Positions 30,412 through 43,225 are shown, counted from the first letter of the whole stretch. The stretch: DNA of 63,179 nt, filler included, from Licmophora abbreviata (GCA_900291995.1; 19 parts of 19 records of this genome joined end to end with filler, not necessarily neighbours in it), one strand, 5' to 3'. The notes: generated from the letters alone by a model not told the origin. Numbers and translations are program-made.

Positions 30412-31734
30412 TCAGGCGGCCTGCTTGCGCGCACCACCGCCACCGCCACCGCGCCTGCGCCGGCGCGGACGTCCCTGGGCCTGATCCGGCTGGCCGGCGC
30501 CATGGCCATGGGCCTGCCCCTGACCGCCGCCACCCTTGGGGCCGCCTCGGCCACGGCGCGGACCGCCACGGCCCGAAGGGGCCGCTTTGGGATCGGGCAG
30601 CTCTTCCCATGCACGTCCCGACAGGACCGGAATGGTCATTTTCATGACCTTCTGGATGTCCTTCAATTCGCCCATTTCGTCAGGCGCACAAAAGGCCACC
30701 GCCGCGCCATCGCGCCCGGCACGTGCCGTGCGGCCGATCCGGTGCACATAGTTCTCGGGCACATTGGGCAGATCGAAATTATAGACATGCTTGACGTCGG
30801 GAATATCCAGACCCCGTGCCGCCACATCCGTGGCGACCAGCACCCGCACCTCACCGTCGCGGAAGGCGCGCAGCGCGCGTTCGCGCTGACCCTGGCTCTT
30901 GTTGCCATGGATCGCGGCCACGGCATATCCCGCCTGCTCGAGCTTGCGCGCCAGCTTGTCCGAGCCATGCTTGGTGCGCGCAAAGACCAGCGCCAATTCC
31001 TCGCGGTGCTTGTCCAACAATTCGACCAGCAGATCGCCCTTGGCCGCCTTGGCGACGAAATGCACGCCTTGGGTGACCTTGTCGGCGGCCTTGCCCGGGG
31101 GGCTGACCTGCACGCGCTTGGGATGGGTCAGATAGCTTCCGGCGATTTCTTCCATCTGCTTGGGCATGGTGGCCGAAAACAGCATGGTCTGACGGGTCGA
31201 GGGCAGCAGGCCCGCGATCTTGCGCAGCGCATGGATAAAGCCCAGATCAAGCATCTGATCGGCCTCGTCCAGCACCAGAAAGCGCGTGTCCGACAGGCTG
31301 AGCGCACGACGGTCCAGAAGATCCAGCAAGCGGCCCGGCGTCGCCACAAGCACATCGGTGCCCATCTGCATCCGCTTGATCTGCGCGCCGATCGACGCGC
31401 CACCGACCACAAGCGCCACCTTGATCGGCGTATCCTTGACCAGCGGCAGCAGCGTGTCGCGGATCTGGCCGGCCAATTCGCGCGTCGGCGCAAGGATCAG
31501 GCTGCGCACGGCTTTCGGCGCGGGCTTGCCCGGCTCTTCCATCAGCTTAGCCAGAAGCGGCAGGCCAAACGCCGCCGTCTTGCCGGTGCCGGTCTGCGCC
31601 AGCCCCATGACATCCTCGCCATCCAGCGCGAAGGGGATCGCATGGGTCTGGATCGGTGTCGGTTCGGTAATGCCCATCAGTGCCAGTTTCTTTACCAGCG
31701 GGCCGGGCAGGCCCATTTCCTCGAACAGGTTCAA
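30412..31734 (-). CDS. DEAD-box RNA helicase (RhlE-like)
   Basis: AQTGTGKT, PTRELA, TPGRL, DEAD, SAT, HRIGRTAR, RGG tail; TTG start after GAAAGGA. Confidence 0.95.
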   Translation of the reverse strand: MNLFEEMGLPGPLVKKLALMGITEPTPIQTHAIPFALDGEDVMGLAQTGTGKTAAFGLPLLAKLMEEPGKPAPKAVRSLILAPTRELAGQIRDTLLPLVKDTPIKVALVVGGASIGAQIKRMQMGTDVLVATPGRLLDLLDRRALSLSDTRFLVLDEADQMLDLGFIHALRKIAGLLPSTRQTMLFSATMPKQMEEIAGSYLTHPKRVQVSPPGKAADKVTQGVHFVAKAAKGDLLVELLDKHREELALVFARTKHGSDKLARKLEQAGYAVAAIHGNKSQGQRERALRAFRDGEVRVLVATDVAARGLDIPDVKHVYNFDLPNVPENYVHRIGRTARAGRDGAAVAFCAPDEMGELKDIQKVMKMTIPVLSGRAWEELPDPKAAPSGRGGPRRGRGGPKGGGGQGQAHGHGAGQPDQAQGRPRRRRRGGGGGGARKQAA

Positions 31735-31867
31735 GTCGTATCCTTTCAAGCACAGGCCTTGCAGGCCAAATGCCATTGCCGGGCCCAGATGGGCGCCGGA
31801 CTTTCGCGGTGTCACCCGACCCCATCCGCGGCCTCATGCCCCGGATCGGTCAAATGGTTCGGACCCA

Positions 31868-31951
31868 CGCGTGATTTTGGGAACTTTCCGCGACATTTCA
31901 TATGGGGACCGGTCATTGACGGTCTCTCTGCTCACGCGGCAGGAAATGTCG
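31868..31951 (-). promoter_or_regulatory. candidate structured 5' leader RNA of the helicase
   Basis: 9-bp stem 31891-31899/31943-31951, inner hairpin 31907-31924, crossing 7-bp pairing 31868-31874/31932-31938. Confidence 0.45.
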
Positions 31952-32067
31952 GTTGACCTGCACATGCCCCTTCAGCGGCGATAAGTCAACCTTTGGACGC
32001 AAAACGGGTGGATTCATTTTGAACGAGAAGCTATCCAACGCCCCGAAGACGCATATCGGGGGCGGCC

Positions 32068-32481
32068 ATGTCCGACACAATCACCGACCGCTGCGAGGCC
32101 AAGGGCCTGCGCATGACCGACCAACGCCGGATCATCGCCTCGGTGCTCGAAGATTCCGACGATCACCCCGATGTCGAGGAACTCTATTCCCGCGCCTCGG
32201 GTCGCGACCCGCGGATTTCCATCGCCACGGTCTATCGCACCGTCAAGCTCTTCGAAGAGGCGGGCATTCTCGACAAGCTGGAATTCGGCGACGGGCGCGC
32301 GCGCTACGAAGACGCCGAGCGGGAACATCACGACCACCTGATCGACATGCACTCCGGCGAGGTGATCGAATTCGTCGATCCCGAGATCGAGGCGCTGCAG
32401 GAAAAGATCGCCCGCAAACTGGGCTACACGCTCAAGGGTCACCGGCTGGAACTTTACGGCGTGCCGCTGAAAAAGGACTGA
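32068..32481 (+). CDS. fur: Fur-family metalloregulator (Fur/Mur)
   Basis: RMTDQR, HPDVEELY, ATVYRT, HHDHLID, HRLELYG; metal specificity cannot be read from the sequence. Confidence 0.88.
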   Translation: MSDTITDRCEAKGLRMTDQRRIIASVLEDSDDHPDVEELYSRASGRDPRISIATVYRTVKLFEEAGILDKLEFGDGRARYEDAEREHHDHLIDMHSGEVIEFVDPEIEALQEKIARKLGYTLKGHRLELYGVPLKKD

Positions 32482-32552
32482 GCCACGCCCCTTGTCTTGC
32501 CCCTTCGGCAGGCGTAGGCAGTCCAGACACCACCCTATCCCGAGGCATCCCG

Positions 32553-33420
32553 ATGGAAAACCTGCGCGGCAGCGCGCTTATGGTGCTGGCCATGGCCGGT
32601 TTCGCGCTGGAAGACATGTTCATCAAGCGCCTGGCCGATGATCTGCCGGTGGGCCAGATCCTGATACTGCTCGGGGCGGGCGGTGCGGTGATCNNNNNNN
32701 NNNNNNNNNNNNNNNNNNNNNNNNNNNNNNNNNNNNNTTAATTAATTAANNNNNNNNNNNNNNNNNNNNNNNNNNNNNNNNNNNNNNNNNNNNCTCTCCT
32801 CGGCCTCGGCGATCCTGCAGGCCACGCCGCTTGCGGTGACACTTGGTGCGGCACTTTTCCTGCGCGAACAGGTGGGCTGGCGCCGCTGGAGCGCGATCCT
32901 CGTGGGCTTTGCCGGCGTCCTGATGGTGATCCGCCCGGGCCTGTCCGGCTTCGAGCCCGCCTCGCTTTTCGCGGTGCAGGCGGTATTCGGCCTCGCCATG
33001 CGCGATCTGGCCACCCGCGCCGTGCCCCACACCGTCACCTCCATGCAATTGTCGAGCTACGGCTTTGCCACCATCGTCCCCGCCGGGGCGCTCCTGCTGT
33101 GGCTGTCGGGCGGCGCGGTCAGCCCCAGTGCCGCCAACTGGCGCGACATCGCCTTTGCGCTGTTGCTGGGGGTGGCGGCCTATTACGCCATCGTCGCCGC
33201 CATGCGCGTGGGCGAGGTCAGCTTCGTGACCCCGTTTCGCTACACCCGCCTGATCTTCGCTCTGGTGATCGCCGTGCTGATCTTCGACGAACAGCCCGAT
33301 GCTCTGACCCTCATAGGCGCCGCGATCATCATCGCGTCGGGGCTCTACACCTTGCTGCGCGAACGCAGGCTCCGGCGGAAGGCCCAAAGACAAGCCCGAC
33401 ACAACGCGGCGATGCGTTAG
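32553..33420 (+). CDS. DMT/EamA family transporter; gap at 32694-32793
   Basis: Hydrophobic; LREQVGWRRW, IRPG, PFRYTRLIFA, DEQPD. Confidence 0.88.
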
Positions 33421-33487
33421 CCCTATCAGCGTTGTATTCCCCGGCAGAGTTGCTATGCCAGCCCCGACACACCGGTTCTAGCCTTGA

Positions 33488-34771
<1,284 letters not shown>

Positions 34772-34794
34772 TCCGCCCGCCAGCATCCCGCGCC

Positions 34795-34808
34795 TTGACA
34801 CGTATCAA
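34795..34808. promoter_or_regulatory. FNR/FnrL-type box
   Basis: TTGAC-ACGT-ATCAA (consensus TTGAT-N4-ATCAA, one mismatch); TAAACC -10-like at 34831-34836. Confidence 0.6.
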
Positions 34809-34885
34809 GTCACGGCGCGGGCGTCCCTGCTAAACCCGAAGGGCCATCAACGGGCCGGACTGGCCCGCTTCAAGGAGTTTGAGCA

Positions 34886-35053
34886 ATGGACGCATTGATG
34901 AAAGTTTTCCTGACCCTCGCCGCAGCGCTGTTTCTGACCGCCTGCGTCAACGAGGATCGTTACCCCGTCTCCGGCGAAGAATGCACCGCCGAAGACCCCG
35001 TCAAGCAGATCGACAGCTCGATGACCGACTGCGTGCCGGCCAGTGGAATGTGA
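34886..35053 (+). CDS. small lipoprotein (55 aa)
   Basis: AAGGAG RBS; MDALMKVFLTLAAALFLTA-C VNEDRYPVSGEECTAEDPVKQIDSSMTDCVPASGM; lipobox LTAC; absent from the ORF track. Confidence 0.75.
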   Translation: MDALMKVFLTLAAALFLTACVNEDRYPVSGEECTAEDPVKQIDSSMTDCVPASGM

Positions 35054-35061
35054 GAGACATA

Positions 35062-35514
35062 ATGATGACCGCCGACGAGATCATAGCCCGGCTGGACCTG
35101 GCCCCGCATCCCGAAGGCGGTCATTACCGGCAGACATGGGCCGCCGACAGCATGATGGGCAGCCCCGATGACCGCCCGACCGCCACCTGCATCTATTTCC
35201 TGTTGCGCGACACCGAGGCCAGCCATTGGCACCGCGTCGATGCCGCCGAGCTTTGGCTCTATCACGCCGGCGCGCCCCTGATCCTGTCGCTGGCGGCCGC
35301 CGAAACCGGCCCTGCCCGCGATCACATCCTCGGCCCCGATCTGGCCTCGGGCGCACAGCCCCAGCTGATCGTGCCCGACGACCATTGGCAGATGGCCCGC
35401 AGCACCGGCGACTGGACATTGGTCAGCTGCGTGGTGTCCCCGGGCTTCACCTTCGACGGCTTCACCCTCGCAGCTCCCGGCTTCGACATCCCCCGCGCCG
35501 ACCCGACGGCGTAA
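35062..35514 (+). CDS. cupin domain protein (DUF985/Cupin_5)
   Basis: LAPHPEGGHY, IYFLL, SHWHRV, WQ.ARS, SCVVSPGF. Confidence 0.9.
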   Translation: MMTADEIIARLDLAPHPEGGHYRQTWAADSMMGSPDDRPTATCIYFLLRDTEASHWHRVDAAELWLYHAGAPLILSLAAAETGPARDHILGPDLASGAQPQLIVPDDHWQMARSTGDWTLVSCVVSPGFTFDGFTLAAPGFDIPRADPTA

Positions 35515-35526
35515 CGCCCTACCGGC

Positions 35527-37865
35527 TCATTTCAGGATCGACAGCAAGTTGGCGTAATCATCCGTCCACAGCCGCCCGCCATCGCTGCCAAGGCTCTGCC
35601 ATCTGGGATCATCCGCCAGATCGCCCAGATCCGCCCGGTCGCGCGCCATGATCACCACTTTCGAGGGCGAATCTCCAGGATCGCTGGCGGCATTGCCGGC
35701 GTAATCCTGCAAAAGCGCCACCAGCCCCTGCGCCTCGGCACTGCGGCCAAGCGGGCGCTCGATCTCGTAATAGCGGTTGGAGATGTGGAAAACCAGCACA
35801 CCCCCTGCCGCCAATCGGTCCATATAAAGCGCGATCGCCTCGTCGGTGGTCAGATGCACCGGCACCGAATCCGAGCTGTAGGCGTCGATCACCAGAATAT
35901 CATAGCGATGCGCCGTCTGATCCTCGAGCACGATGCGCGCATCGCCCAGATGCGTCGGCGCTTCCGGCGCGCAGTCCGAAACGAACCGGAACAGATGCGG
36001 CATGCGGGCCACCATGTCCACCATCGGGTCGATCTCGTAGAACTGCCAGTCCTGATGCGGCTGCCGGTAACAGGCCAACGACCCGACCCCCAGACCGACA
36101 ATACCCACGCTCNNNNNNNNNNNNNNNNNNNNNNNNNNNNNNNNNNNNNNNNNNNNTTAATTAATTAANNNNNNNNNNNNNNNNNNNNNNNNNNNNNNNN
36201 NNNNNNNNNNNNGACCCCCAGACCGACAATACCCACGCTCTGCGCCTGCTGACCCCGCTGCGAGGTCATGACCTGCGCCATCGGCCCATTGCGATGATAA
36301 TAGAACAGCGGCTCGGGCGCCGCGCTCTGTGCGTCATCCGACAGGCGCTGCGCACCATGCACCGTCGTGCCGTTGCCATAGATGCGCATGCCATCCTCAT
36401 TGGCGACGATATGCGTGCCGAAAAAGCTCCGGTCGCGGAACTGCGCCGTATCCGGCCAGACCGACAACGCCGCGATCAGCAACGTCACCGCAGCACCGAA
36501 CCCCGCCACCCGGTCCTGTCCCAGCCACAAAAGCGCGATCAGCCCCGGCACCGCCAAAAGCGCCAGAAGAATCGTCACACCCTCGATCCCCAACACCGCC
36601 CACGCCGCCAGCGCCGGCACCGCCGCAAGGCCCGCCACCGCCGCGCCGCGCAGCAACGCACCCGGCACCTGCGCAATGCGCTCGCGGACACCCAGCGTCA
36701 GCAAGCGCGCCACCAGAAGTGTGGCAACACCTTCATAAAGCCCCGAAAACAGCACCGGCCCGATGATCGAATTGAACAAGCCCCCAAGCGCCCCGCCCAC
36801 CGACATGGTCAGATAGAACGCGGTCAGATGCGCGCTCGAGGGCCGCGCCTCATAGAGTTTGCGATGCGCATAAAGCGCAACAAGGAAAAACCCCACGATC
36901 AGGACGGCCACGCTCAGCCAGCTCAGATGCTTGCCCGATGTGCCCCCCAACAGCACCAGCATCACGATCAGCACCACGGTCATGCCCGTCTCGGCATGGG
37001 GCAGCGCCCGCCACGTCCGGTTCGAGAATGTGACGACGAAACTCAGCAGATAAAGCGACAGCGGCACGACCCAGACCAGCGGCACCGATCCCACATCCAG
37101 ACTGACCTTCGATGTGACCGCCAGCATCAACGACGAGGGCAGGAACGCCAGCAGCGCCCACCAGACGATATCGCCCGCCTTGGGCCGGTCCGCTGTGGCT
37201 TGGGCCGCCCTGACGGGCCGCGCCACCGCGCCGCCCTCACGCGCCTGCAGCCCGCTGGCCAGAAGAAACGCGCCAAGCGCCACAAAGCCGCAAGCCCAGC
37301 CCAGACCGATGCTCGCCGCCCCCAGAAACGGCGCCGCCAGAAGCGGAAAGCCCAGCAAGGCAGTCAGCGATCCAAGATTGCTCGCGCCATACAGAAAATA
37401 GGGGTCGGATGCCGATGGCCCGCCCGATCGCGCATACCAGAACTGGATTAGCGGCGCATTGGCCGAAAGCGCAAAGAACGGCAGCCCCACCCCTGCCGCG
37501 AAAAGCAAGAGCGTCTGCCACGCCACCGCGCCTGCCGGATCGAACTGCCAGTCTTTCGGAACGGTCAGCGGCAAAAACAGAAGTGCCGCAGCCCAAACCC
37601 CCAGATGCACGATCAGTTGCGCCCGCACCGAAAGATGCCGCGTCAGCAGATGGGCATAGAGATAGCCCGCGATCAGAACCAGCTGGAAAAACAGCATCGC
37701 GGTCGTCCAGACCGCGGGCGAGCCTCCGATCCTCGGAAGCACGATCTTGGTGAACAGGGGCTGCACGAAAAACAGCAAGGACGCCGACAAGAAGATCGTG
37801 GCCGTGAACACGACAGGCGCAAGCGCGCGGCTTTGCGACACTGCTGAGATGGGGGACGACTGCAT
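35527..37865 (-). CDS. fused multi-TM / spermidine-synthase-like SAM-binding protein; spurious gap at 36113-36212
   Basis: LLFFVQP..LP.IGGSPAVW, YGASNLGS, GTTVHGAQ, VGLGVGSL, YEIDP, DAYSSDSVPVHL, WTDDY. Confidence 0.85.
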
Positions 37866-38097
37866 GGGACTGCCTCAACACAAGATTACCTTGCGCGACA
37901 AAACCACATCTAAACGGAAAAAATGAGGCAGCCTTGGCCGCATTACCGTCAGATTTGGAACCCTCCCCGGCCCCGCAGCCCGCTGCCCGCCGCCCCGTCG
38001 GGGCGGTCCCGGCGGTCACGAAAAAATCACGCCCCGATGAAACCAAACCGGCGGCCCATGCGTGTCTGCGCCTGTCCCTGCCGGGCCGGGCCGGGCG

Positions 38098-39708
38098 TTA
38101 CCCTTCGGCGCAGCCGCGAACGAAATCCACCAGGGCGCGGGTCGATCCGTCCTTCTCCCCGGCGGAGGCCTCGCCGGTCAGGATCGGCTCCAACTCTCCC
38201 GCCAGCACCTTGCCCAGTTCGACCCCCCATTGATCGAACGAGTTGATCCCAAGGATCACCCCTTCGACAAAGACCCGATGCTCGTATAGCGCGATGATCT
38301 GCCCCAGGCGGCGCGGCGTCAGCCGGTCATAGATCAAGGTGGTCGAGGGCCTGTTGCCCGGAAAGACCCGGTGCCGCGCCTGCCGCTCCAGCGCGTCGCC
38401 TGTCAGGCCCGCTGCCGCCATCATCTCGCGGGCCTGCTCCAGCGATCGGCCCACCATCAGAGCCTCGGACTGCGCCAGGCAATTGGCCACGAGAAGGCGG
38501 TGATGATGCGCAAGCTCAGGCTCGTGCCCGGTGGCCGCAACCATGAACTCGCAGGGCACCACCTGCGTGCCCTGATGGATCAGCTGATAAAACGCGTGCT
38601 GCCCATTGGTCCCCGGCTCTCCCCAGACGATCGGGCCGCATGGCCCCTGCAAATCGCCCCCTTCCATCGTCACGCGCTTGCCGTTCGACTCCATCTCAAG
38701 CTGCTGCAGATAGGCCGGCAGACGCGCCAGACGCTGGTCATAGGGCAGCACCGCGCGGGTCGGGTAGCCGCAGACCTGATGATGCCACAGCCCCGTCAGC
38801 GCCAGCATGACCGGCATGTTCATCGACATCGGAGCTTTGCAAAAATGCGCGTCTATATCCGCAGCCCCATCCAGGAATGCCCGAAAACCTGCAGGACCCA
38901 CCGCGATCATGAGCGGCAACCCGATCGGCCCCCAGAGCGAATAGCGCCCACCGACCCAATCGGAAAAGCCAAAGACCCGCTCGGGCGCGATGCCGAACTC
39001 TGCCGTGCGATCCAGCGCGCTCGAGACGGCGACGAACTGCTCTGCCGGCGCGTCCACCGCACCCGCCATCCAGTCGCGGGCGGTGCGTGCATTGGTCATC
39101 GTCTCGATGGTGGTGAAGGTTTTCGAGGCCACGATCACAAGCGTCCTGCCCGGATCAAGCCCGCGCAGCACATCATGGATATCGGCACCATCGACATTGG
39201 ACACGAAATGACAGCGCGGCCCGTCGTGATAAGGCGCCAGCGCCCGTGTCGCCATGTCAGGTCCCAGATGCGAGCCGCCGATCCCGATATTGACCACATC
39301 GGTGATCGCCCCGCCCTGCCCCTTGAGGCGACCCGTGCGCAGATCCTCGGCAAAACGCTCCATCAGCGCGAGCGTCTCCAGAACCTCCGGCATCACGTCG
39401 CGCCCCTCGACCAGAACGGGCGTCGCCTCCAGATTGCGCAGGGCAGAGTGCAGCACGGCGCGGCCTTCGGTTTCGTTGATCGCCTGCCCCGCAAACATCG
39501 CATCGCGCCGCGCCGCCACCTGCCGCTCCTCGGCCAGATCGATCAGGCCCGCGCGCACCGCATCGGTGATCCGCGTCTTCGAATAATCCAGCAGCATCCC
39601 GTCATGACGCACCGAGAACGCCTCGGCCCGTCCCGCATCTTGGGCAAAGAGCGCGGCGATATCCTGCGCGTTCAGCGCCTCGGCCAATGCCTTCAGCCTG
39701 TCATACAT
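38098..39708 (-). CDS. pgi: glucose-6-phosphate isomerase
   Basis: [41 protein letters not shown]. Confidence 0.97.
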   Translation of the reverse strand: MYDRLKALAEALNAQDIAALFAQDAGRAEAFSVRHDGMLLDYSKTRITDAVRAGLIDLAEERQVAARRDAMFAGQAINETEGRAVLHSALRNLEATPVLVEGRDVMPEVLETLALMERFAEDLRTGRLKGQGGAITDVVNIGIGGSHLGPDMATRALAPYHDGPRCHFVSNVDGADIHDVLRGLDPGRTLVIVASKTFTTIETMTNARTARDWMAGAVDAPAEQFVAVSSALDRTAEFGIAPERVFGFSDWVGGRYSLWGPIGLPLMIAVGPAGFRAFLDGAADIDAHFCKAPMSMNMPVMLALTGLWHHQVCGYPTRAVLPYDQRLARLPAYLQQLEMESNGKRVTMEGGDLQGPCGPIVWGEPGTNGQHAFYQLIHQGTQVVPCEFMVAATGHEPELAHHHRLLVANCLAQSEALMVGRSLEQAREMMAAAGLTGDALERQARHRVFPGNRPSTTLIYDRLTPRRLGQIIALYEHRVFVEGVILGINSFDQWGVELGKVLAGELEPILTGEASAGEKDGSTRALVDFVRGCAEG

Positions 39709-39721
39709 GCCGACTCACCCC

Positions 39722-40514
39722 TCATGCGGCCCAATGGACCACCATATCCTCGAGAACCGCGCGCACCGGCGCCTGCAACGCCGTGCTGCTTTGCGCCCGG
39801 TCCAGCGCGGTGCGCTTGGCATTGCCTGTGATGACCAAATGCTTGCTCAGCGCCCCATCCAGCACACGTGCCGACAGGCTCACCCTCGGCTCCGGCAGGC
39901 CCGGCGCGCGCATCGCCACCAGAACCGGCGCATCAGGCACCAGCGCCGCCTCCAGATTGTCCGCGCCNNNNNNNNNNNNNNNNNNNNNNNNNNNNNNNNN
40001 NNNNNNNNNNNTTAATTAATTAANNNNNNNNNNNNNNNNNNNNNNNNNNNNNNNNNNNNNNNNNNNNCGCCTCCAGATTGTCCGCGCCCGGAAAAAGCGA
40101 GGCGGTGTGCATATCCTCGCCCATCCCCAACAACAGCACCGAGATCGGCAGCCGCGGGACGATATTGGCCTCCAGTTCCGCCAGCACCTCTTCGGGCGTG
40201 TCGGCCTTGGCGTAAAGCGGCAGGTAACGCGCCTCGGCCGCTCGCCCCACCAAAAGACGCTCGCGGATCAGCCGGGTGTTCGAGCGCACATGCACCTCCG
40301 GCACCCACCGCTCGTCGCTCAGCATCACATCCACCCGGCTCCAGTCCAGCCGCACATCGCAAAGCGCATCGAAAATCGGCCCCGGCGTCGTGCCGCCCGG
40401 CACCACGAAAAGCGCCCGCTCCTCGTGCTCCAGCGTTGCGGTCAAATCCCCCGCCAGCCGGTTGGCCACGTTGATCGCCAGCATCTCCTGATCGGCATAG
40501 TCTTTAAATATCAT
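39722..40514 (-). CDS. pgl: 6-phosphogluconolactonase; spurious gap at 39968-40067
   Basis: PGGTTP, DERWVP, LGMGEDMHTASLFP, EPRVSLS. Confidence 0.93.
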
Positions 40515-42020
40515 GGCTTTATCTCCCTCCAGCGGCGCCCGTCGCGATGCATCAGCATCAACGAATCGTCCGGCCCCGCACTTCCCGAAGCATAAGGCTG
40601 CGGTGCCTCGCTCCGCTCCTCCCAGCCTTCGATGATCGGATCGGTCCAGGCCCAGGCCGCCTCGACCTCGTCGCCGCGCATGAACAGCGTCTGGTTGCCC
40701 CGGATCACATCCATGATCAACCGCTCATAGGCATCGGGGAAATCCGCGCTGTCCGGTCCAAGCGCCTCGGCAAAGGTCATGTCCAGCGGCACATCGATCA
40801 GCCGCATGCCCCCCGGTCCCGGCTCCTTGATGGTCACGCCCAACTCGATCCCCTCATTGGGCTGCAGCTTGATCGTCAGGATATTGCGATGCCGCCCGGC
40901 CCCGGCGCCGAAAATCGAATGCGGCGCCTCCTTGAAGACCACCGCGATCTCGCTGGCGCGGTCCTTCAGGCGCTTGCCCGTGCGCAGATAAAACGGCGTG
41001 CCCGCCCATCGCCAGTTCGAGATATGCGCCTTGAGCGCCACGAAACTTTCCGTCCGGCTGTCGGTATTTTCAACCTGCGTGCAGTAATCGGGCTTGTCGC
41101 CTTCGGCCTGATACTGGCCGCGCACCACATTGTCCGGCGCCACCGGATCCAGCGCGCGGATCACTTTCAGCTTCTCGTCGCGCACCGCGTCCGGGTCGAA
41201 CTTGGCGGGCGGCTCCATCGCGATCAGGCACAGAAGCTGCATCAGGTGATTTTGCATCATGTCGCGCATCGCACCCGCGCGGTCATAATAATCGCCGCGC
41301 CCGCCGACACCTACGCTTTCGGCCACGGTGATCTGGATGTGATCGACATACTGGCTGTTCCACAATGGCTCGAACAGCATGTTGCCAAAGCGTACCGCCA
41401 TCAGGTTCTGAACCGTTTCCTTGCCCAGATAATGATCGATGCGGTAAATCTGATGCTCCTGGAAATGCTGCGCCAGACCCCGGTTCAACGCCCGCGCACT
41501 GGCCAGATCGCGGCCAAAGGGCTTTTCAACCACGATCCGGCTGTCGTGATCGGCCATGCCGTAATCATGCAGCCTCTGGGCCAGATCACCGAACAGGCCC
41601 GGCCCGACCGAGAAATAGAACGCCCGGATGCGCCCGGCGCTCACCTCGCCCGCCAGCTTGTCCCAACCCGCCGTGCCCTTTGCATCCAGCGCGACATAGC
41701 TCAGCCGCCCCAGAANNNNNNNNNNNNNNNNNNNNNNNNNNNNNNNNNNNNNNNNNNNNTTAATTAATTAANNNNNNNNNNNNNNNNNNNNNNNNNNNNN
41801 NNNNNNNNNNNNNNNCCTCGATCGCCGCGCGCACGAAGCCGCGATAGGCATCCGCGTCCATATCCGCGCGTGCCGCCCCGATCACCCTCGAGCTGTCGCC
41901 CATCTGCCCGGCCTGAAACCTGCGGAACAGCGCCGGCAGAATCTTGCGCCGTGCCAGATCGCCCGTGCCGCCGAAGACCACAAGATCGAACGGATCGACC
42001 GGGATGACGCGCGATACCAT
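40511..42020 (-). CDS. zwf: glucose-6-phosphate 1-dehydrogenase; gap at 41716-41815
   Basis: GGTGDLARRK, EKPFG, RIDHYLGKE, PFYLRTGK, DAYERL. Confidence 0.96.
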
Positions 42021-42052
42021 TGGACCCCTCCTGCCGCTCTGCGGCCAGTCGA

Positions 42053-42066
42053 TGTTAGCGTTAACA
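42053..42066. promoter_or_regulatory. LacI-family-type operator upstream of zwf-pgl-pgi
   Basis: TGTTAGCGTTAACA: near-perfect palindrome with central CG, 32 bp from the zwf start. Confidence 0.62.
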
Positions 42067-42205
42067 GGCACCGTTTAACTCCCGAACCAGTCAAAGTCTA
42101 CCACGCACACCCGCGTTCACAATGGCGTCAAAGCGGGTGCGCCCGGTTTCTTTCGCCGCCACACTGGGTTAGCACCATGAGCACCAAAGGTAACGGATCG
42201 AATAC

Positions 42206-43159
42206 ATGATGGACGTCAGCCTCCCGCAGGCCAATTCCGGCAAGTTTCAGGACCCCGCGCGCACCGCCGACGGGCAGACCCGTGCAAGCGTGCCGCTCTC
42301 TCGGCCAGAAACGCTCTGGTTCAACACCGGTACGCTGTGCAACATCACCTGCGCCAATTGTTACATCGAAAGCTCGCCCACCAATGACAGGCTGGTCTAT
42401 ATCACCGCCGACGAGGTGACCGACTACCTCGACCAGATCACAGAACGCGGCTGGCCGATCCGGGAAATCGGCTTCACCGGCGGCGAGCCGTTCATGAACC
42501 CGCAGATGATCTCGATGACCCGCGCCTGCCTCGAACGCGGCTACGAGGTGCTGATCCTCACCAACGCCATGCGCCCGATGATGCGCAAAAGCGTCAAGGC
42601 CGGGCTGCTGGATCTGGCCAAGACGTGGCAGGACACGCTCACCTTGCGCATTTCGGTCGACCACTGGTCCGAACAGCGTCACGACGAAGAACGCGGAAAA
42701 GACGCGTTCAAGCGCACCATCGAGGGCATGTGCTGGCTGCGCGATGCGGGCATTCGCATGGCGGTCGCGGGCCGCACCGTCTGGGGCGAAACCGACGCGG
42801 CCTCGCGCGCGGGCTATGCAGCACTTTACAAAACGCATGGCTTCGACATCGACGCCCATGACCCCGCCCAGACCGTGCTTTTCCCGGAAATGGACGACAA
42901 CGTCGAAGTGCCCGAAATCACCACCGGCTGCTGGGACATCCTCGGCAAAACGCCCGATAGCGTGATGTGCGCCTCGTCGCGCATGGTGGTCAAGCGGCGG
43001 GGTGCTGCGAAACCGGCGGTGCTGGCCTGCACGCTTCTGCCCTACGCGCCCGAATTCGAGCTGGGCACCACCCTGGCCGAGGCCGAACGCGACGTCGCAC
43101 TCAACCATCCGCATTGTGCCAAGTTCTGCGTATTGGGCGGCGCCAGCTGTTCGGGATGA
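42206..43159 (+). CDS. radical SAM protein of unknown function
   Basis: CNITCANC, FTGGEP, TN; Cys-rich C-terminus HPHCAKFCVLGGASC. Confidence 0.9.
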   Translation: MMDVSLPQANSGKFQDPARTADGQTRASVPLSRPETLWFNTGTLCNITCANCYIESSPTNDRLVYITADEVTDYLDQITERGWPIREIGFTGGEPFMNPQMISMTRACLERGYEVLILTNAMRPMMRKSVKAGLLDLAKTWQDTLTLRISVDHWSEQRHDEERGKDAFKRTIEGMCWLRDAGIRMAVAGRTVWGETDAASRAGYAALYKTHGFDIDAHDPAQTVLFPEMDDNVEVPEITTGCWDILGKTPDSVMCASSRMVVKRRGAAKPAVLACTLLPYAPEFELGTTLAEAERDVALNHPHCAKFCVLGGASCSG

Positions 43160-43196
43160 TCGCGCCGTCATATGGCATCTGCCGTGGACGGGCCAC

Positions 43197-43225
43197 CTTG
43201 CCGCCCCCGGCATACCGCCCCATAT
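43197..43225 (+). promoter_or_regulatory. RpoH (sigma32)-like promoter, possibly giving a leaderless mRNA
   Basis: CTTG-N17-CCCCATAT ending 7 nt before the ATG of an M48 protease. Confidence 0.45.
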
